Positions 35,731 through 38,925 of a DNA stretch of 38,925 bases are shown here, piece by piece (position 1 is the stretch's first letter; every line of letters starts with the position of its first letter). The stretch is from Catajapyx aquilonaris (taxonomy: Eukaryota). The notes beneath the pieces are model-generated. The model was given only the letters and a program-made list of their open reading frames with translations, made no database searches and was not told where the DNA came from. The stretch spans positions 1 to 38,925 of the forward strand of contig KZ538953.1 in NCBI GenBank assembly GCA_000934665.2, read 5' to 3'. The position numbers and the translations under genes were made by a program.

Positions 35731-36525
35731 CAGTTGACTCCGGATATAACAGACAAAGGACCGCGGAAAAAATGACATAACCGACGTCTGTTATAGTTAC
35801 AACCAAATGGCTACTGTTGCAACGAATACGCAACTACTTTCCATAAGCTTACAATGCCCACTGCTGCATCTATTAAATGAAACTATCCACAAATATTAGC
35901 TACCCGTAAATTAGAAAGGACCAAATAAATCCGTAAATTTCTCCCGCCGGTCCCTTGTTGCCAAATATATCCGGAAAAGTACGATTTTAAGTAGTTTAGA
36001 TCAGTGACAGATGCGAAAATCACCCCCGATGCAGTATTCGTTGCCTTCCTGCGCAGGGAAAAAGGTAGCTGAATAATAAAAAATATCGGGGAAGGTGTGG
36101 TGGTCGAGATGGTAACGTCTCGGCTTGCTGTGCGAGAGGTCCCGGGTTCTAATCCCCACCCGGGAGTTCCCTTTCGCCTGCGTCAGTGGGTCTCTGGCCC
36201 GCGCCTAAGGAGGCGTCTTGGCAACCTGCCTCCTGGGGGACTGCACATGACCCTTTTCAGACATTACACTTGCACCTGTGTCATCTCCCAACTCCCCCCA
36301 TCCTTACCCTACATCCTAATGTCCTTGCACGGTGACTGAAGAAAAACAGAAAATCAATCATGATGGTGGTAATCCACCCCCCTAAAAGGGCCTCGTTCCC
36401 TCTAATGGGGTAAACAAAACAACAACAACATATCATATGAGTTATATCCGGAGTAAAAATACACAGGAACCTATGAAAGTATGCCGGGACCGGCCTTTCG
36501 AGTATGTTATATCCGGAGTCAACTG
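35731..36525. mobile_element. Tc1/mariner (pogo/Tigger-like) non-autonomous element carrying a nested SINE
   Basis: Perfect 21-bp TIR CAGTTGACTCCGGATATAACA / TGTTATATCCGGAGTCAACTG, TA on both sides, subterminal repeat GTTATATCCGGAGT at ~36441. Confidence 0.9.
36088..36430 (+). mobile_element. tRNA-derived SINE, family B copy 2
   Basis: GGGGAAGGTGTGGTGGTCGAGATGG head, GGTTCTAATCC B-box variant, shared tail GGTGGTAATCCACCCCCC, (CAA)n end, short possible TSD ATATC. Confidence 0.88.
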
Positions 36526-36614
36526 TATTACTTTATTTTTCCTTAAATTTTGAAGGAAGTGAAATAAACAAAAACCTGAATTTGTCTGAAGTTGTCGTTA
36601 ATTAACCACGTTTC

Positions 36615-37063
36615 ACCGAAGAAGTAGTGGTGGAGTGGATATGGTATCCGACTGCTAATCGGGAGGTCCTAGGTTCGAGTCTCGGAAGCCGGCGGTCCTG
36701 ACCTTGGTTTTCTGTGGTTTTCCAAGGTCGCCGAAAAATTCCGGGATAGTACCATAAAATAGGCCCCAGCCGCTCCCTTCCTTTCCTTTCCTTGTCCTGT
36801 CCATGAGGAGGTGCGGTGTCGGTGGGGAGTGTCTGACCCGCACCTATCGGGTATCTTGTAGCTTGGGCCCCTGGGGGACTGCACACGACCCCCAAATTTC
36901 GGACATCGCACTTGAACCCGTACACAAATACCTATCCTGACCCCTACACCGGAGAGAAAAAATGCGAAAAAAATTTCGTAAGAAAAAAGGTGGTAATCCA
37001 CCCCCCTAAAAGGCCTCTGTTACCTCTAATTGGATAAAGCTAAAATAAATAAATAAATGAATA
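36615..37063 (+). mobile_element. Chimeric SINE: family A head and body + family B-type body + common tail
   Basis: 11-bp TSD AACCACGTTTC (36604-36614 / 37064-37074). 36615-36800 aligns to family A; ~36815-36945 aligns to the family B body (CCTGGGGGACTGCACAYGACCC). Confidence 0.88.
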
Positions 37064-37247
37064 AACCACGTTTCCAATTAATTTAACACAATAAATGGAA
37101 ACCCATTTTAACCAACCTTCCCCAAACCTTCCTTCCCGGCGGATACACACGGCGGATAGATGCCTATCTTCAGCGGATACAAACCTAGAAACGTAGGTAA
37201 AACTGCGGCGTCTCCCGATATCATGATGAAGATGAATGATGTATAAT

Positions 37248-37598
37248 TAGGGCTGTGCGATATTTCCATACATCGACTGTCGATGCGATATTTTCCTAAT
37301 ATCGAAGTTGCGATATCCGACGCTTGGCATGTGCGATGTATCGAATATCACGATGTCGGTTTTCGATATTTTTCGATGTCGGTCCGATGTCGGTTTTCGA
37401 TATTTTTCGATGTCGGTTCGATGTCGGTTTTCGATATTTTTCGACGTCGGTTCGATATCGGTTTGCGATATTTTTCGATGTCGGTCCGATGTCGGTTTTC
37501 AATGTCGGTTTTTCGTCTTTCGATATATCGACTTCGATTCCATATTTTTTGTGTATCGAAAGTCGATATTATGCAATTTCGGATATCGCACAGCCCTA
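37248..37598. mobile_element. hAT-like MITE, copy 2 (longer internal repeat array)
   Basis: Same 16-bp TIR as 369-645; flanking direct repeat ATGTATAAT (37239-37247 / 37599-37607). Confidence 0.92.
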
Positions 37599-38925
37599 AT
37601 GTATAATGATGACAGGACTGGAAATACTGTCCAAACTCATATGATTTCTAATACTTGTCTGTATTTTGCCTACAGCATGTTACTCCTCACATAAAACCCA
37701 CACGTTGTCCCCGTCAATCTTCAAACTTGCCTTCAAAATAGTTACGATCTTGCATCCATAACTTTCTACACTTTCTTTTCTTCCTTATTCTTCTTCTTCT
37801 CTATCGTCATCTTTCCTAGGAGTTGCAGAGGCCCCCCCTCCATGATGTCGCCTTCATATACTCGGCAAGGAGTTTATTAACTTAGAGCCCAGGCCTCGTA
37901 TATCATCCTCTCGCTTGCTCGGGTCCTGATATTAGTTCTCCTGGGTCCGATATTAAAACGCTCCCTCAGGTCTCGCTTGGCGAACAGAAGGAGCGCCCCT
38001 TGGAAAATAATACATGTACCTTATTATGAAATATAAACATGGACCCAGGCTGCTGAGAGAAAAGTTTTGTCAGAATGAACACTGATGTTCGCCAGGTTCC
38101 AGGGTAGTGCAAAAATTTTTTTGAAAAAAAAAATTTTGTTAATCGCCATTTGCACAAAAAAGAAATGTGGACGTAAATTTAACTAATGCTGACACCACCA
38201 CGGCTGTTTACATGAATATCTGCAAAAAAAAAAATGAAAGTCGATATCCCTCGTTGCGGTTGCACCTCTTTACAGCTTATTTAAGCAAATCATTAAAAAG
38301 AGGCGACAAATCCTCTCTGCGGTATTTGGGTCATTTGGGATATACATGGAGTGCAATTCATTCTGGAAAAAAATGGTGTGCTTCAGTGGTTTTTACAGCC
38401 ATATACTGAGCGTTAAATTTGAAAAAAGCAGCGAAAAGTACTCAGGTCTTTTTTCCCTATTTGAGTCGTGTCAACATCGCCAGTCATCATGAGTATGAAC
38501 AGCATATTCTAAGGGACAGTGATGCAACATTTGGGGGGGGGGGACGCTCTTACTTTAATGGGACGTAACTTCCACCCAAATTCCCATGCTCCTGTCCGGT
38601 TGACAGTTTCCACAGTTATTTTGCATTTCATGAGAGTCGACCAAAATTTGCTAGCTCTTTCTGACTGTCAAAAGACATAAGGTTGGGCTCATTTGTGTGC
38701 AATTGAGTTATCTAAATGCTTTGACAAAAGTGCAAACCACGGGCGACAACCAAATTTTGATTTTAACTTGTCCCATAGGACATTGTTTTCATGTTTATGT
38801 CACGTTAGAGTGTGCTAACTGACAATCGCATGTAATCACCGTGTAACTATGTTACAGGTCTGATTAACTTCACAAAATTGTGGTCCATTTTACAGTACTA
38901 GTCCCGACTAATCCTCATGTGTTCG

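Noticed and set aside
37740..38005. Purine-rich minus-strand coding-like stretch including YEGDIM
   Set aside because: Frames are interrupted by stops, and the motif is too short to support an astacin-type or any other call.

Overview
Eukaryotic (probably invertebrate animal) genomic DNA that is AT-rich, repeat-dense and essentially non-coding, with two small assembly gaps inside homopolymer runs. I recognise no protein-coding gene. Most supplied ORFs are artefacts of repeats, and only two or three weak candidate exons remain. The window holds: (i) seven tRNA-derived SINE copies from three head/body types plus one chimera, which share a structured 3' tail, five of them with clear TSDs; (ii) about nine non-autonomous DNA-transposon/MITE-type elements (hAT-like, Tc1/mariner-like, PIF/Harbinger-like, TTAA-type and a large foldback); (iii) about a dozen tandem or minisatellite arrays, two with higher-order periodicity. 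The most notable signals are the modular SINE system with compensatory base changes in two hairpins, a repeat unit carrying NRF1/CCAAT/ETS-like motifs next to a Helitron-like end, a 70-nt hairpin, and two related arrays in inverted orientation around a 1.45-kb spacer. Coordinates were read by eye and may be off by a few bases.
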